A stretch of DNA of 64,000 nt from Patescibacteria group bacterium. GTDB lineage: Bacteria; Patescibacteriota; Dojkabacteria; JAHIVN01. Positions 1 to 9,519 of this stretch are shown here, one piece after another. Location of the stretch: assembly GCA_043816305.1 (NCBI GenBank), contig JBDRHZ010000043.1:42322-106321 (forward strand), read 5' to 3'. The first letter of the stretch is position 1. Every line of letters begins with the position of its first letter. The notes under the pieces were generated by a model. The model saw only the letters and a program-made list of their open reading frames with translations, did not search any database and was not told where the DNA came from. The position numbers and the translations under genes were made by a program.

Positions 1-529
1 CAGCCCCATCGCTGCAGCCCATCGGAAATATCTGAAAGTAGAAGTATACATCAACATCATAAACGATAAGTTCTGGAGTATCTATCATAAAATCGCGTCC
101 ATACTTTTCCTGAAAATCCAACCTGCCTAGCGGTCCTCCGGCTCCATTCACATCTAGACTTGATGCATTACTATTCTCATCACGATTCAAAACAAACTTG
201 ATGTTTGGTTCCAAGGTTGATTCATCTTCGACACAAGCCATCTCAGTACAGCTGACACTTCCTTTTTCACAACTGCAGGTATTGCAACCGTCAACCGAAT
301 CGAAAGTATCGCCACTCTCATACATCTTGCCTGAATAATTACAGACCTGACTTCTCGATTGTCTATCTTCATCCTCTTTATCCAAGTAGTAAAACAGCCC
401 GACCCCAAAACCAATGAGGAGCATCAGGACAAAAAAAATCATTCCCAAAATCAAAAGAAGAGTAAAGACAGTTGGTTTACTGAGAATATCTGATTTTAAA
501 TCGTCCGTTTGAGATTTTTTGCTGCTCAT
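1..529 (-). CDS. membrane-anchored cysteine-rich protein, partial (C-terminus runs off the left edge)
   Basis: Hand translation from ATG (rc of 527-529): MSSKKSQTDDLKSDILSKPTVFTLLLILGMIFFVLMLLIGFGVGLFYYL (one TM helix), then CNYSGKMYESGDTFDSVDGCNTCSCEKGSVSCTEMAC. The frame stays open to position 1. It is absent from the ORF track, presumably because no stop lies in the window. Confidence 0.5.
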   Translation of the reverse strand, partial: MSSKKSQTDDLKSDILSKPTVFTLLLILGMIFFVLMLLIGFGVGLFYYLDKEDEDRQSRSQVCNYSGKMYESGDTFDSVDGCNTCSCEKGSVSCTEMACVEDESTLEPNIKFVLNRDENSNASSLDVNGAGGPLGRLDFQEKYGRDFMIDTPELIVYDVDVYFYFQIFPMGCSDGA

Positions 530-656
530 AATTAATGATCATTACTAAAAGAGTATTTACTTATAACACACAAATCGAAATTTGATAATTTTAAGGTTCG
601 ACCGAGTCAAAGAAAACGACAGAAGAATCAAACAGTGCTAAGAAAAGTCGAGCTGA

Positions 657-1871
657 CTAGAATTCCTCAGTTGCCAGAATCTCGATATTCTTTTCTTTCA
701 AAAGATCCGACACTACTTTGGTCTCAAGACTGACTAGACTGATACCCTTTAGTTTGAGATCTGCCTTAGGACACTCTATACAGTTGGGAGTCTGATATGA
801 GATGAGTAGTTGATCATCAATCCAAAGAGGTCGTGACTCTTGATCACGAAGTCTTTTCATGACTTCGTTGCCGATATCATATACCCAGATCGTTGTCACT
901 CCGCTAGGCCAGTCGTATGTCCAATAGGCGATTTTTGTCTTGTCGGGAGACGGTTTAAAGTCAAATGCTCCAACGATTCTTTCTGATAATTGGCGAGACT
1001 TCTTTTCCCCAAGCGATTGAACATATAGACTATTATTCTTTTTGAAATATATCAGTTCATTACTCATGAAAAAAGCGGATGTTGGAATGTTTCCGATTTC
1101 CTTGTTCAAACTGAACAGCACTGTACCTGTCAGGTCAAACACAACAACAGTCGGCTCGCCGACAAATGTAAATGTATTTACTAGAAGTATTCTTTCATCG
1201 TTTGGAGAAAATCTGATATAGGTAGAATCACCGAAATCATCTATTTTGAATGCATCATACTTAAATTTCCCCAGATTCCTAAAGGAGCCATTATTTTTCA
1301 GTGTTAAATACAATTCACCATTTTGTTCAAAAAGATATGCCAGGTTTGTTTCTTTCGAAGACCACTTCAGTGCCAGCACATCACTAGCTTGTAGTTCAAA
1401 CGAATCAACTATCTTTTTCTTGCTTATCGAATATGTATTTATGGTACAGCTTCCAGTATCGCATTCAGAGTAGCTCAACTCATCTTTGTTTTTCCAGCTC
1501 AGGGATGAGTATTTTTTATTCTTGTTTATTTCTATACCAAACCTCTTTTCGGTTTCAACGTTATAAACAAAAAGTTCCCCTTTTGACATATAGGCAATCT
1601 TTCTTACTCGCGGGTCCTCTTTCTTTTTATCACCATCCTTATCTTTCTCTGCTGTGGCAACCAGCTCTGCATGTCCGGTCCCAACAATCTTACTATTAAC
1701 AAACTTGAAAGTGATTGAAGCTACAATTCCTGCGATGATTAGCCCAACTGCACAGAGAACAAATATCAGTATCTTTTCTCCTCTTTCTTCATTACTATCG
1801 CTTGTAGAGATGTCTTCATATGATAGGAACTCTTGAAGAGACTCTTCTTGTCGTGGTATTTTTTCCTTCAT
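657..1871 (-). CDS. membrane-anchored beta-propeller-like protein (TolB/PD40-like repeats)
   Basis: ORF track 657..1940. I start it at the internal ATG (rc 1869-1871, MKEKIPRQEE) ahead of a single TM helix (ILIFVLCAVGLIIAGIVASITF). The remainder is beta-rich with FSPNDERILL and PSPDKTKIAYW type blade motifs. Confidence 0.55.
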   Translation of the reverse strand: MKEKIPRQEESLQEFLSYEDISTSDSNEERGEKILIFVLCAVGLIIAGIVASITFKFVNSKIVGTGHAELVATAEKDKDGDKKKEDPRVRKIAYMSKGELFVYNVETEKRFGIEINKNKKYSSLSWKNKDELSYSECDTGSCTINTYSISKKKIVDSFELQASDVLALKWSSKETNLAYLFEQNGELYLTLKNNGSFRNLGKFKYDAFKIDDFGDSTYIRFSPNDERILLVNTFTFVGEPTVVVFDLTGTVLFSLNKEIGNIPTSAFFMSNELIYFKKNNSLYVQSLGEKKSRQLSERIVGAFDFKPSPDKTKIAYWTYDWPSGVTTIWVYDIGNEVMKRLRDQESRPLWIDDQLLISYQTPNCIECPKADLKLKGISLVSLETKVVSDLLKEKNIEILATEEF

Positions 1872-1995
1872 AGTGGGAACTTGAACTATTAATTGAATTA
1901 TAAGGAAAAACTGGTATAGAAAGCAAGCGTTTCTTAACAATTATTTGATTCACAAGCCCGACTGTTATATTATTCATTGCCAAAGATCTCTCACT

Positions 1996-4182
1996 ATGAT
2001 TCTAAACAACTTAAATCCTCAGCAGCAAGAGGCTGTGAGTACAATTGAAGGGCCATTATTGATCCTTGCTGGAGCAGGATCTGGGAAAACACGCGTCCTT
2101 ACACACCGGATTGCTTACATTTTACAGAAGCGCTTAAGCAGACCGGAAGAAATACTTGCAGTTACCTTTACAAACAAAGCGGCTGGAGAGATGAAATCTC
2201 GAGTAGAGAAGCTGGTTAACCCTTCTGCTGCAAACAGATACCAGATAACGGGTACCAGTTCCCAGCTCCCATACATCGGAACTTTTCACTCTATCTGTGT
2301 AAAGATTCTCCGCCGGGACGGCCATCATCTGGGCATTGACCCAAATTTTTCAATCTACGATACAGATGATCAGCTTTCAGCTGTCAAACAGGCAATGAAG
2401 GAACTAGGCTTAAGTATAAAGGAGTTTAATCCCAAATCAATTCTTAGCTTCATCTCAAGCTCAAAGAACGAGCTGGTCACTCCGGATGAGTACAAGAAAT
2501 TTTCTCAAGGATATCTGCAAGACGCTGTAAGTACAGTTTATCCAAAATATCAAAAAATTCTTCGCGCTAACAATGCACTTGACTTTGATGATCTTATCGG
2601 AAGAACTGTAGAACTTTTGCGAACCGCTCAATCAGTACTGAACATATATCAAAGCCAGTTTAAATACGTACTTGTTGACGAATATCAGGATACAAATCAT
2701 GCACAATATGTTCTCGTAAACAAAATTGCGCAGAAAAAAAGAAATATCTGTGTAGTTGGAGATGATGATCAGGCAATTTACAGCTGGAGAGGGGCGACTA
2801 TCAAGAATATTCTTTCTTTTGAAGAGGATTATCCCGAGGCAAAGGTCATAAAGCTTGAACAAAACTACAGAAGTACGCAGAATATCTTAGACGCCGCACA
2901 CAATGTAATCCAGCATAATCAGGCAAGAAAGCCCAAAAAGCTCTGGACTGAAAAAGATCGGGGGCCGAAAGTCGAAGTTTACCGAGCACTTGATGAGAAA
3001 GATGAGTCAAAATTCGTTGTGGAAAAAATCCTTGAGGAAAAAGATTTCCAAAATACCGCAGTTCTATACAGAATAAATGCACAGTCACGAACGCTTGAAG
3101 AAGCATTTTTGAACTATGGCGTGCCTTATCAGATATTTGGCGGGATAAGCTTTTATCAGCGGAAAGAAATAAAAGACACCCTCGCTTATCTGAGATGTCT
3201 TTATAATCCGCAGGATGATGTCAGCTTGAAAAGAATAATAAATACACCTCCTCGTAAAATTGGCTCAGTTACTATAAACAATCTTCAAACGAAAGCTTCC
3301 AGCAATAAGATCTCTATCGTAGAACTCTTGATGCAAAAGCTCGAGACAAAAGATATCACAAATAACTCGGTCCAGAAGGTTGCCCTCATTCTCGAAAAGA
3401 TGAAAAAAGCCTCGCTTCAGCTCAAGTTAACCGACCTCATAAACTTTGTTTTAAATGAGTCCGGCTACCTGGACTGGCTCAATGATGGCACTCCGGAAAA
3501 CGATTCCAGAATAGAAAATATCAAAGAATTGATAACTGTGGCAGGCAAATACGATGAGATGGAACCCGAGTCAGCACTGACAGAATTTCTAGAGGAAGTA
3601 TCTTTGATAGAAGAACAACAGCTAAAAGCGCAAACTCAGAAGGACAAAAATAGGGTAACTCTGATGACTATGCATTCAGCAAAAGGACTTGAGTTTAAAA
3701 CTGTATTTATAGCCGGGATGGAAGAAGGACTTTTCCCGCACTCACGAAGCTATACTGATCCGACCGAGATGGAAGAGGAGAGAAGACTGGCCTATGTAGG
3801 TATCACAAGAGCAAAAGAGAATCTTTACCTAACTCATGCTGAAAGCCGAAGAGTATTTGGAGCCGAACAGGATAACCTTGTCTCAAGATTTATCTCAGAC
3901 ATCCATGAAGAACTAGTAACCTACACTGCATGGGACGCTACTGATGGAATTATCGATAACAGCTCAAGCCACCATAATAAACACGCCCTCACTACTCAAT
4001 TTGATCAGATCGATCTCATCGTCGGTGATAGAGTAGAACACAATGAATTTGGTAAAGGCAGAGTAATGGAGATAAATGATAACATAGTCAAAGTCGACTT
4101 CGGTCCGCTGGTTGGAGTAAAACAGCTGGCAGTTGAATATGCCAATTTGAAGAGAATAGAGAAAGAATTTGAAGATAGCTAA
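1996..4182 (+). CDS. pcrA: ATP-dependent DNA helicase PcrA/UvrD (SF1)
   Basis: Carries the full SF1 motif set: AGAGSGKTRVLTHRIAY, VDEYQDTN, VVGDDDQAIYSWRGA, QNYRST, MTMHSAKGLEF, VGITRAKE. Start moved to ATG 1996 (MILNNLNPQQQEAV). Confidence 0.92.
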   Translation: MILNNLNPQQQEAVSTIEGPLLILAGAGSGKTRVLTHRIAYILQKRLSRPEEILAVTFTNKAAGEMKSRVEKLVNPSAANRYQITGTSSQLPYIGTFHSICVKILRRDGHHLGIDPNFSIYDTDDQLSAVKQAMKELGLSIKEFNPKSILSFISSSKNELVTPDEYKKFSQGYLQDAVSTVYPKYQKILRANNALDFDDLIGRTVELLRTAQSVLNIYQSQFKYVLVDEYQDTNHAQYVLVNKIAQKKRNICVVGDDDQAIYSWRGATIKNILSFEEDYPEAKVIKLEQNYRSTQNILDAAHNVIQHNQARKPKKLWTEKDRGPKVEVYRALDEKDESKFVVEKILEEKDFQNTAVLYRINAQSRTLEEAFLNYGVPYQIFGGISFYQRKEIKDTLAYLRCLYNPQDDVSLKRIINTPPRKIGSVTINNLQTKASSNKISIVELLMQKLETKDITNNSVQKVALILEKMKKASLQLKLTDLINFVLNESGYLDWLNDGTPENDSRIENIKELITVAGKYDEMEPESALTEFLEEVSLIEEQQLKAQTQKDKNRVTLMTMHSAKGLEFKTVFIAGMEEGLFPHSRSYTDPTEMEEERRLAYVGITRAKENLYLTHAESRRVFGAEQDNLVSRFISDIHEELVTYTAWDATDGIIDNSSSHHNKHALTTQFDQIDLIVGDRVEHNEFGKGRVMEINDNIVKVDFGPLVGVKQLAVEYANLKRIEKEFEDS

Positions 4183-4286
4183 AATCTCAAAGTGCCTAAG
4201 CTCAAAAGCCCATCTGCTCATCCACTCACTGGCTCATCTGCTCCCATCGTGATATCATATACAGAACTTAACTTTGAATTATAACC

Positions 4287-4544
4287 ATGCCCGAACAATT
4301 AGGCAGATATATCTTCCTGGCTTTCATTTTACTGCTTGCAGTTTTTCACTCCTATCTCTGGATCAAAATTATTCAGAAAATGGGCTACAAAGGCTGGCTG
4401 CCTATTCTCTTGACAGCAATCATGAGTCTTTTTCTTTATATGTCCGGCTATTACTTCCTTGTACTGCTCATCTTTCTTTCATTCCTGGCGTTTGGAAAGT
4501 GGCCGATTCTAAGAAAAGCTGTAAATAAGTCAAAAAAGAAGTAA
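4287..4544 (+). CDS. small hydrophobic membrane protein (85 aa)
   Basis: Two to three predicted TM segments (YIFLAFILLLAVF, LPILLTAIMSLFLYMSGYYFLVLLIFLSFLAF) and a basic tail KSKKK. The overlapping frame 4274..4528 looks less protein-like. Confidence 0.4.
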   Translation: MPEQLGRYIFLAFILLLAVFHSYLWIKIIQKMGYKGWLPILLTAIMSLFLYMSGYYFLVLLIFLSFLAFGKWPILRKAVNKSKKK

Positions 4545-4613
4545 TAGAAAGTATTCTATACTGGAATTAAGAGTAAATACCTGGAATAACGATATATTTA
4601 ATATATATTACTT

Positions 4614-5465
4614 ATGGAGCAAGATTCAGGAAGAGTAACAACTGAACAGTTATTCAACAACCCTTTAACTGCTCAAAGACTAGTTGGCCTACTTGCTAGT
4701 ATGAGACCAGAGGTCCAACGTATCTCTATCGTGAATCAGGAAACAGGGCAAAGAGAGGAGTTTAACCTAAAATTATCTAATTTGGATCTGAATAAAAGAT
4801 TAGGAGAAGTAATCACCGAGGGTGGTAGACCTTTTGTTGTAAACATCGAAGACCAAGAGTTCATACTAACATATTTCCACTTGAACCAAGATATCGCTCA
4901 ATTTCTGATTGATCATCTTAAATACCCTGGTAGCAGAGAAGCTACATTTCGAATAATTACATTTGCATATCCACCTATAGCTACAGCTCTTAGAGAGAAT
5001 TGCACTCTTGAAGCTCTTAGAGCAAAATTCCCGGCTTGTGACAAACCTGAAATCCTGTTACAAAGAATAAAAAGTCTAATTGTGCATCTCGAATCTCCAT
5101 TTATTCTTGATACAATTGTTGAGGCCGACGGGGGGAACCATGCCGCAAGAAATTTGGACGAAAGAATAATGATAGCTGCAGCTTCTCCAGAAGTAGATCT
5201 ACATTCTTTTTTGACATATACAAAATTATCTGGGAACTCACTACAAAGCACCCTTATTTCTTTCTTGACTGTTCGTGCACTTCTACCGGAAAATAGAGCC
5301 ATTCTGAATCTAAACAAGCAAGCAGATCACTTACAACTCTTACTTGGAAAATCATATACAGAAAGAGTCCCTGCTGAGAAAATATTCATTGCAAGACAAT
5401 TTGACAAGTTTGTAGGGAAACTACTCGGAATAATCCTAACAGAAGGAGCAGAAGCAACCGTATAG
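4614..5465 (+). CDS. hypothetical protein, no recognisable motif (atypical-composition ORFan)
   Basis: Uninterrupted 283-aa ORF with an ATG start. Looks helical, is Lys-poor relative to its neighbours, and has no catalytic or binding motif I can name. Confidence 0.6.
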   Translation: MEQDSGRVTTEQLFNNPLTAQRLVGLLASMRPEVQRISIVNQETGQREEFNLKLSNLDLNKRLGEVITEGGRPFVVNIEDQEFILTYFHLNQDIAQFLIDHLKYPGSREATFRIITFAYPPIATALRENCTLEALRAKFPACDKPEILLQRIKSLIVHLESPFILDTIVEADGGNHAARNLDERIMIAAASPEVDLHSFLTYTKLSGNSLQSTLISFLTVRALLPENRAILNLNKQADHLQLLLGKSYTERVPAEKIFIARQFDKFVGKLLGIILTEGAEATV

Positions 5466-5482
5466 AATCTAGCTCTTCCCAA

Positions 5483-6505
5483 CTACAGAGTATCTTTTAT
5501 CCATTTATAAAGTTTATACCCTAAACCTCTAAACACCTTCACATACTGCGGAAGCATATCTACATGCTCACCACCGAAACCGCTTTTGAAGTAGGAAATT
5601 CCAAATAGGGAATGGTCCTGATCACCCTTTGGTGCTGCTCCCCACTGATCGTAAAAGTTCCTACCGGCTTTTGCCTGCTGCTTAATGATTTCCCACTTTA
5701 GTAAGTATGAGGCCTCTACATCTCGGCCCTTCTTTGTCGCACCTCCATAAAGTTCATACACCTGGTAATCGTTCAAAACCAATAAATATGCCGCAACTAC
5801 TTCTCCTTTATACTCTGCCACGTAAATCTTGATGAGGTCCTCTTTTGACATCTCATCCCAGATTCTCTGAAAATAATCTTTCGGATGAGTCTTGAAGCTT
5901 GTGCTGCCTTTTACTGATTCTATTACTTTGTAGAATTTGTCAACCGCTTCATAGCCTTCGACTTCTTTTGCCACAACTCCCTCTCTCACAGCTTTCCGGA
6001 TATTTCTCCTCCACTTTGATCGAACACTTTGAAATAATTCTTCCTCAGTCCTATCGATTCGGATAACGTCAGTCCAGTTTGGTTGGATAGTTTCTCCGGC
6101 TACCTTCCATCCATCAGTTTCTAATACCATTTTGAAGCTTTCGTTCCAGTTTTCAAATCTCAAGTCATCCTCAGGATCTATCAGTACAAAAGCAATATGC
6201 CTTTCATTTAAGCACTTTGTCAATTCTTGGATAACGTAATCTAAGTACTTGATGTCTCTGACAGAAACTCCCCGGGGAATGTAGGCAAAGCTCGAAAGAC
6301 CAATAAATCGAGTAAACTTTTGAAGAGGGAACTTTCTATAATGAATTGATAATACTGCTACCAAATTTCCCTCCTTGAAAATACCAACCCTTTCTACTCT
6401 CCAGTTGTAAGACTTTACCTCTCCCCAGTTCCAGGATTGAAGCGGCGAACCGCCGAAATGCTGCCAAGCTTGTTTATACTGTTCCTCGTTTAATTTTTTT
6501 ACCAT
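5483..6505 (-). CDS. FemAB-family peptidoglycan bridge aminoacyltransferase (FemX-like)
   Basis: PLQSWNWGEVK, YELYGGATKKG, YDQWGAAP and FKSGFGGE match the FemAB/FemX pattern. Length 340 aa. Confidence 0.85.
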   Translation of the reverse strand: MVKKLNEEQYKQAWQHFGGSPLQSWNWGEVKSYNWRVERVGIFKEGNLVAVLSIHYRKFPLQKFTRFIGLSSFAYIPRGVSVRDIKYLDYVIQELTKCLNERHIAFVLIDPEDDLRFENWNESFKMVLETDGWKVAGETIQPNWTDVIRIDRTEEELFQSVRSKWRRNIRKAVREGVVAKEVEGYEAVDKFYKVIESVKGSTSFKTHPKDYFQRIWDEMSKEDLIKIYVAEYKGEVVAAYLLVLNDYQVYELYGGATKKGRDVEASYLLKWEIIKQQAKAGRNFYDQWGAAPKGDQDHSLFGISYFKSGFGGEHVDMLPQYVKVFRGLGYKLYKWIKDTL

Positions 6506-6556
6506 ACGATTGTTTTACTATTGTAAGACGATTATGTAACTATTGTCGAACAATCG

Positions 6557-7549
6557 CTAGCCTCCGGACCTCTGTCTCCACTCATTCACCTTATTCATCA
6601 CTCTATACACAACATAGCCAATCCTATCGAACACATAGGTATACTGAGGAGGAAAATCAATTACTTCACCGCCAAATCCCTCCTTGAACTGAACAAGACC
6701 AGGGTATTTAAACTCCGCTCCCCACTCATCATAGTACTTTTTACCAAGTTTCTTTGCATGCCGGATAGTAAACCATTTCATCAGATAGTTTGCCAATAAC
6801 TCATTTCCCTTTTGGCTGCAGCCGCCATACATCTCAAATGCCGAATTCTCATTGTACAAAACCATATATGACCCCACCACTTCACTTCCAGCTTCTGCGA
6901 TAAATAAATCAACATTCTCTCCAAACAAATCCCAAATCTTTTTATAGTACGAGCCTTCATGCAGAACATATCCTTTTATCTTACCTATATCCTCGATAAT
7001 GCGAACAAAAGAGCTAATATCAAAACTCGTTCCAATGCGTATTTTCACTCCATTCTTCTCAGCTTTGCGGATGTATTGTCTATGTTTCGACCTCATTTCA
7101 GACAGCAATTCTTCCTCTCTTTTTGATAAATCTAGTACCACCGTCCTATTCGGCTGGATTTGTAGGCCAGTAGCTTTAAACCCAATTCTTTCGTATAACT
7201 TTGGGCTTTGAGTTTTAAGTTTTGAATTGTAGCTAATGTTAGGATCGATCATCAAGTGAGACAGGTGTAATTCGTGTTTTGTAATTTGGCCAATCACATT
7301 CTCAAGATACTTCTCATCCTTTACAGCTATTCCTCTGGGAATGTAGCCAAACTTTTTTCCGTAAATTGGAATTTTTCTTGTAAGAATGGTAAGAATTGAT
7401 ACAACTTCATCTTCATCAAATACACCAAGGCGCACTGGTTGCCATTTCGGTTTCTTCAATTCTCCCCAAGCGCAGGACTGAAGCGGGTGGACATCGAGAA
7501 CCTTTTCTTGCTTTAAATATTCTTCTTTTGAGAGTTCTTTTATTGACAT
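6557..7549 (-). CDS. FemAB-family peptidoglycan bridge aminoacyltransferase (second tandem copy)
   Basis: HPLQSCAWGELK, FEMYGGCSQKG, YDEWGAE, FKEGFGGE. Paralog of 5483..6505. Confidence 0.85.
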   Translation of the reverse strand: MSIKELSKEEYLKQEKVLDVHPLQSCAWGELKKPKWQPVRLGVFDEDEVVSILTILTRKIPIYGKKFGYIPRGIAVKDEKYLENVIGQITKHELHLSHLMIDPNISYNSKLKTQSPKLYERIGFKATGLQIQPNRTVVLDLSKREEELLSEMRSKHRQYIRKAEKNGVKIRIGTSFDISSFVRIIEDIGKIKGYVLHEGSYYKKIWDLFGENVDLFIAEAGSEVVGSYMVLYNENSAFEMYGGCSQKGNELLANYLMKWFTIRHAKKLGKKYYDEWGAEFKYPGLVQFKEGFGGEVIDFPPQYTYVFDRIGYVVYRVMNKVNEWRQRSGG

Positions 7550-7789
7550 TGTTGTATGTTTTTATGGTTGTTAAGTTAACACTTCCCTGCAGCCATTTAA
7601 CCATAAAACAATATGGCCATTATTCTTCGATTATAATTTGTATAACGGAATATAGCAAAAATAGTAGCAGTAGATGTGTCAGTAGCAGGACAGCTACAAA
7701 ATATTATCTATAGCAAAACTAATTCCTATCTTGATTGACAAACGCTAAGCTAGTTTTATATAATCAAAGTTATTATTTAGTCTTAACAA

Positions 7790-8704
7790 ATGTCTGTAAA
7801 TTGTTCTATTGGAAAGAAAATCAAAAAAACAAGAGGAGATCTGGGATTATCTCAAAAAGAACTTGGAATACTTACAAACTATTCTGTCCCGACCCTCAGC
7901 CTTATCGAAAGCGGTAAGATAAATATATCAGTCGAATCATTATCAAACATAGCTATGGCGCTGAAGAAACCACTCTCTTATTTCCTCCAAAATGCTCAAG
8001 ATAAGAAGTATGAGGTTAGTACGAAACTTATTGCAATAGAGAATGAGCTTGATGAAATTAAAAGCTCTCTAAATCAGGAGGTTATAAGAGCTCGAAAATC
8101 AAACTTCAATCTTGCCGTAAGCGGAGGAGTGGGAACTGGTGACAATGGAAGATTTCATCTAATAAATGAACTAGCAAAACACTTCCAAGCGAAAGCTTTT
8201 CCAGAAAACCCAGCTGCAAATCCATACATAGAAAAATTCTACAAAGAAAAAGGCAAGTGGGGATTCCACAGCCAGCTATTCTTCTTTAAGGAAAATTTCA
8301 AGCAGCAGGCTGAGATTAAGAAGAAGCTTGGACCTGTAATTCAAGGTAGAAGTTTGTACGAAAACTTTAGAGTGTTTGCTACTGTTTGGTTCGAAATGGG
8401 CTATTTAAACAGAGTAGATTTTCAGCTGCTCGGAGATCTTTATGATCAAGCAATTCAAATCATCAGAAAACCTGATCTGATAGTCTATCTAGAAAGCGAT
8501 CCGAAGAAAATCTCAAAAACAATTCCTAGATTCAAAGAAAGAAAGATCAATTTGAACCACATTAGAAGAATTCACAGTAAATATAAAGCTTGGACGAAGA
8601 CATTTGATATAGCGCCTATTCTAAGCTTTGATATTCATAAACTCGATCTTTTTGAAAAGAAAAGCATCAAACTGATAGCAGAGGAAATTCAAAACGCCCT
8701 CTAA
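7790..8704 (+). CDS. XRE-type HTH fused to a deoxynucleoside-kinase-like domain with degenerate catalytic motifs
   Basis: The N-terminus (IGKKIKKTRGDLGLSQKELGILTNYSVPTLSLIESGK) is an XRE HTH. The C-terminal part aligns by eye to the dNK/dCK family: FPENPAANPYIEKFYKEKGKWGFHSQLFF, GRSLYENFRVFA, PDLIVYLESDPKKISKTI. The P-loop reads SGGVGTGDNG (nt 8120-8149) instead of GxxGxGKS/T, and the ERS motif reads GRS. Confidence 0.75.
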   Translation: MSVNCSIGKKIKKTRGDLGLSQKELGILTNYSVPTLSLIESGKINISVESLSNIAMALKKPLSYFLQNAQDKKYEVSTKLIAIENELDEIKSSLNQEVIRARKSNFNLAVSGGVGTGDNGRFHLINELAKHFQAKAFPENPAANPYIEKFYKEKGKWGFHSQLFFFKENFKQQAEIKKKLGPVIQGRSLYENFRVFATVWFEMGYLNRVDFQLLGDLYDQAIQIIRKPDLIVYLESDPKKISKTIPRFKERKINLNHIRRIHSKYKAWTKTFDIAPILSFDIHKLDLFEKKSIKLIAEEIQNAL

Positions 8705-8730
8705 TTATTGTATATAATGATATAGTTTGA

Positions 8731-8744
8731 TATACTATAGTATA
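8731..8744. promoter_or_regulatory. perfect 14-bp palindrome TATACTATAGTATA immediately upstream of the HTH-Nudix gene
   Basis: Read directly from the sequence. It lies 4 nt before ATG 8748, inside an AT-rich promoter-like stretch (TATATAAT at about 8711-8718). Candidate autoregulatory operator. Confidence 0.35.
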
Positions 8745-8747
8745 GTT

Positions 8748-9356
8748 ATGAGACAACTTATTTCAATCAACAAAGCGGCGGAATTATTAAACGTACACCC
8801 AAACACTCTAAAGAGATGGGATAAATCCGGCGAGCTAAATGCTATACGATTCGGAATTCGCGGGGATAGAAAATATAGAGAGGAAGACCTCCAGAAATTT
8901 ATAATCTCTTCAAGAAGAAAGAAGAAGATTTACCCAAATGTAGGCCCTCTCGTTGCTGTTGCCTGTATGGTACTAAAAGGTGATAAAATTCTTCTTGGTA
9001 AAAGAACCGCTGAAATGTGCAGGGGGGAGTATTGTCTCGTCGGAGGATCGCTTGCCTTTGGAGAAACATTTGAAGAAACTGCAAAGAACGAAGCGATACT
9101 CAAAGCTAACATAAAGATATCCGAACCGAGAATAATATGTGTCACTAACAATAGAAAAAATATACCTAAAATAAATAGACAAAACATCACAATAGGAACC
9201 ATAGCGAAGTATAAATCAGGAAAGGTCAGAGATAAACAGCCAGATAGGATAATCAATTGGAAATGGTACTACTTGGATAATCTGCCAACACCAATCATCG
9301 AAGCAGATACGAAGATAATTGAATGTTATAAGAAGGGGAGGTTTTATATAGACTAG
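8748..9356 (+). CDS. MerR/excisionase-type HTH fused to a Nudix-fold domain with degenerate Nudix box
   Basis: The N-terminus (ISINKAAELLNVHPNTLKRWDKSGEL) is an excisionase/MerR-like HTH. The Nudix box position reads GSLAFGETFEETAKNEAILKANI. The G-x5-E spacing is kept, but REUXEE is replaced by NEAILK, so most catalytic Glu residues are missing. Start taken at ATG 8748. Confidence 0.7.
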   Translation: MRQLISINKAAELLNVHPNTLKRWDKSGELNAIRFGIRGDRKYREEDLQKFIISSRRKKKIYPNVGPLVAVACMVLKGDKILLGKRTAEMCRGEYCLVGGSLAFGETFEETAKNEAILKANIKISEPRIICVTNNRKNIPKINRQNITIGTIAKYKSGKVRDKQPDRIINWKWYYLDNLPTPIIEADTKIIECYKKGRFYID

Positions 9357-9411
9357 TGGAAGGGAGAATTTTGGATATTGGTTGTTAGTTATTAGTTGTA
9401 AATTGGGAATT

Positions 9412-9472
9412 GGGCATAAAAAAGCAGTTTCGTCGCCAAACGTCCCAGCTGTTTTTACGCCCATTTAATTTT
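9412..9472 (+). terminator. candidate intrinsic terminator after the HTH-Nudix gene
   Basis: Imperfect long hairpin GGGCATAAAAAAGCAG...CAGCTGTTTTTACGCCC followed by the T-rich ATTTAATTTT. Confidence 0.4.
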
Positions 9473-9488
9473 AGCAAATAATCTGTAC

Positions 9489-9508
9489 AAATGCGATTTA
9501 TCGCATTT
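9489..9508. promoter_or_regulatory. 9-bp-arm palindrome AAATGCGAT-TT-ATCGCATTT upstream of the zinc-ribbon mini-ORF
   Basis: Perfect dyad read from the sequence, 12 nt upstream of ATG 9520. Confidence 0.3.
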
Positions 9509-9519
9509 ACATAATAACT

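Noticed and set aside
595-610. GGTTCGACCGAGTC resembled a tRNA T-arm.
   Set aside because: No acceptor, D or anticodon arms can be drawn around it. No tRNA-like cloverleaf was found anywhere in the window.
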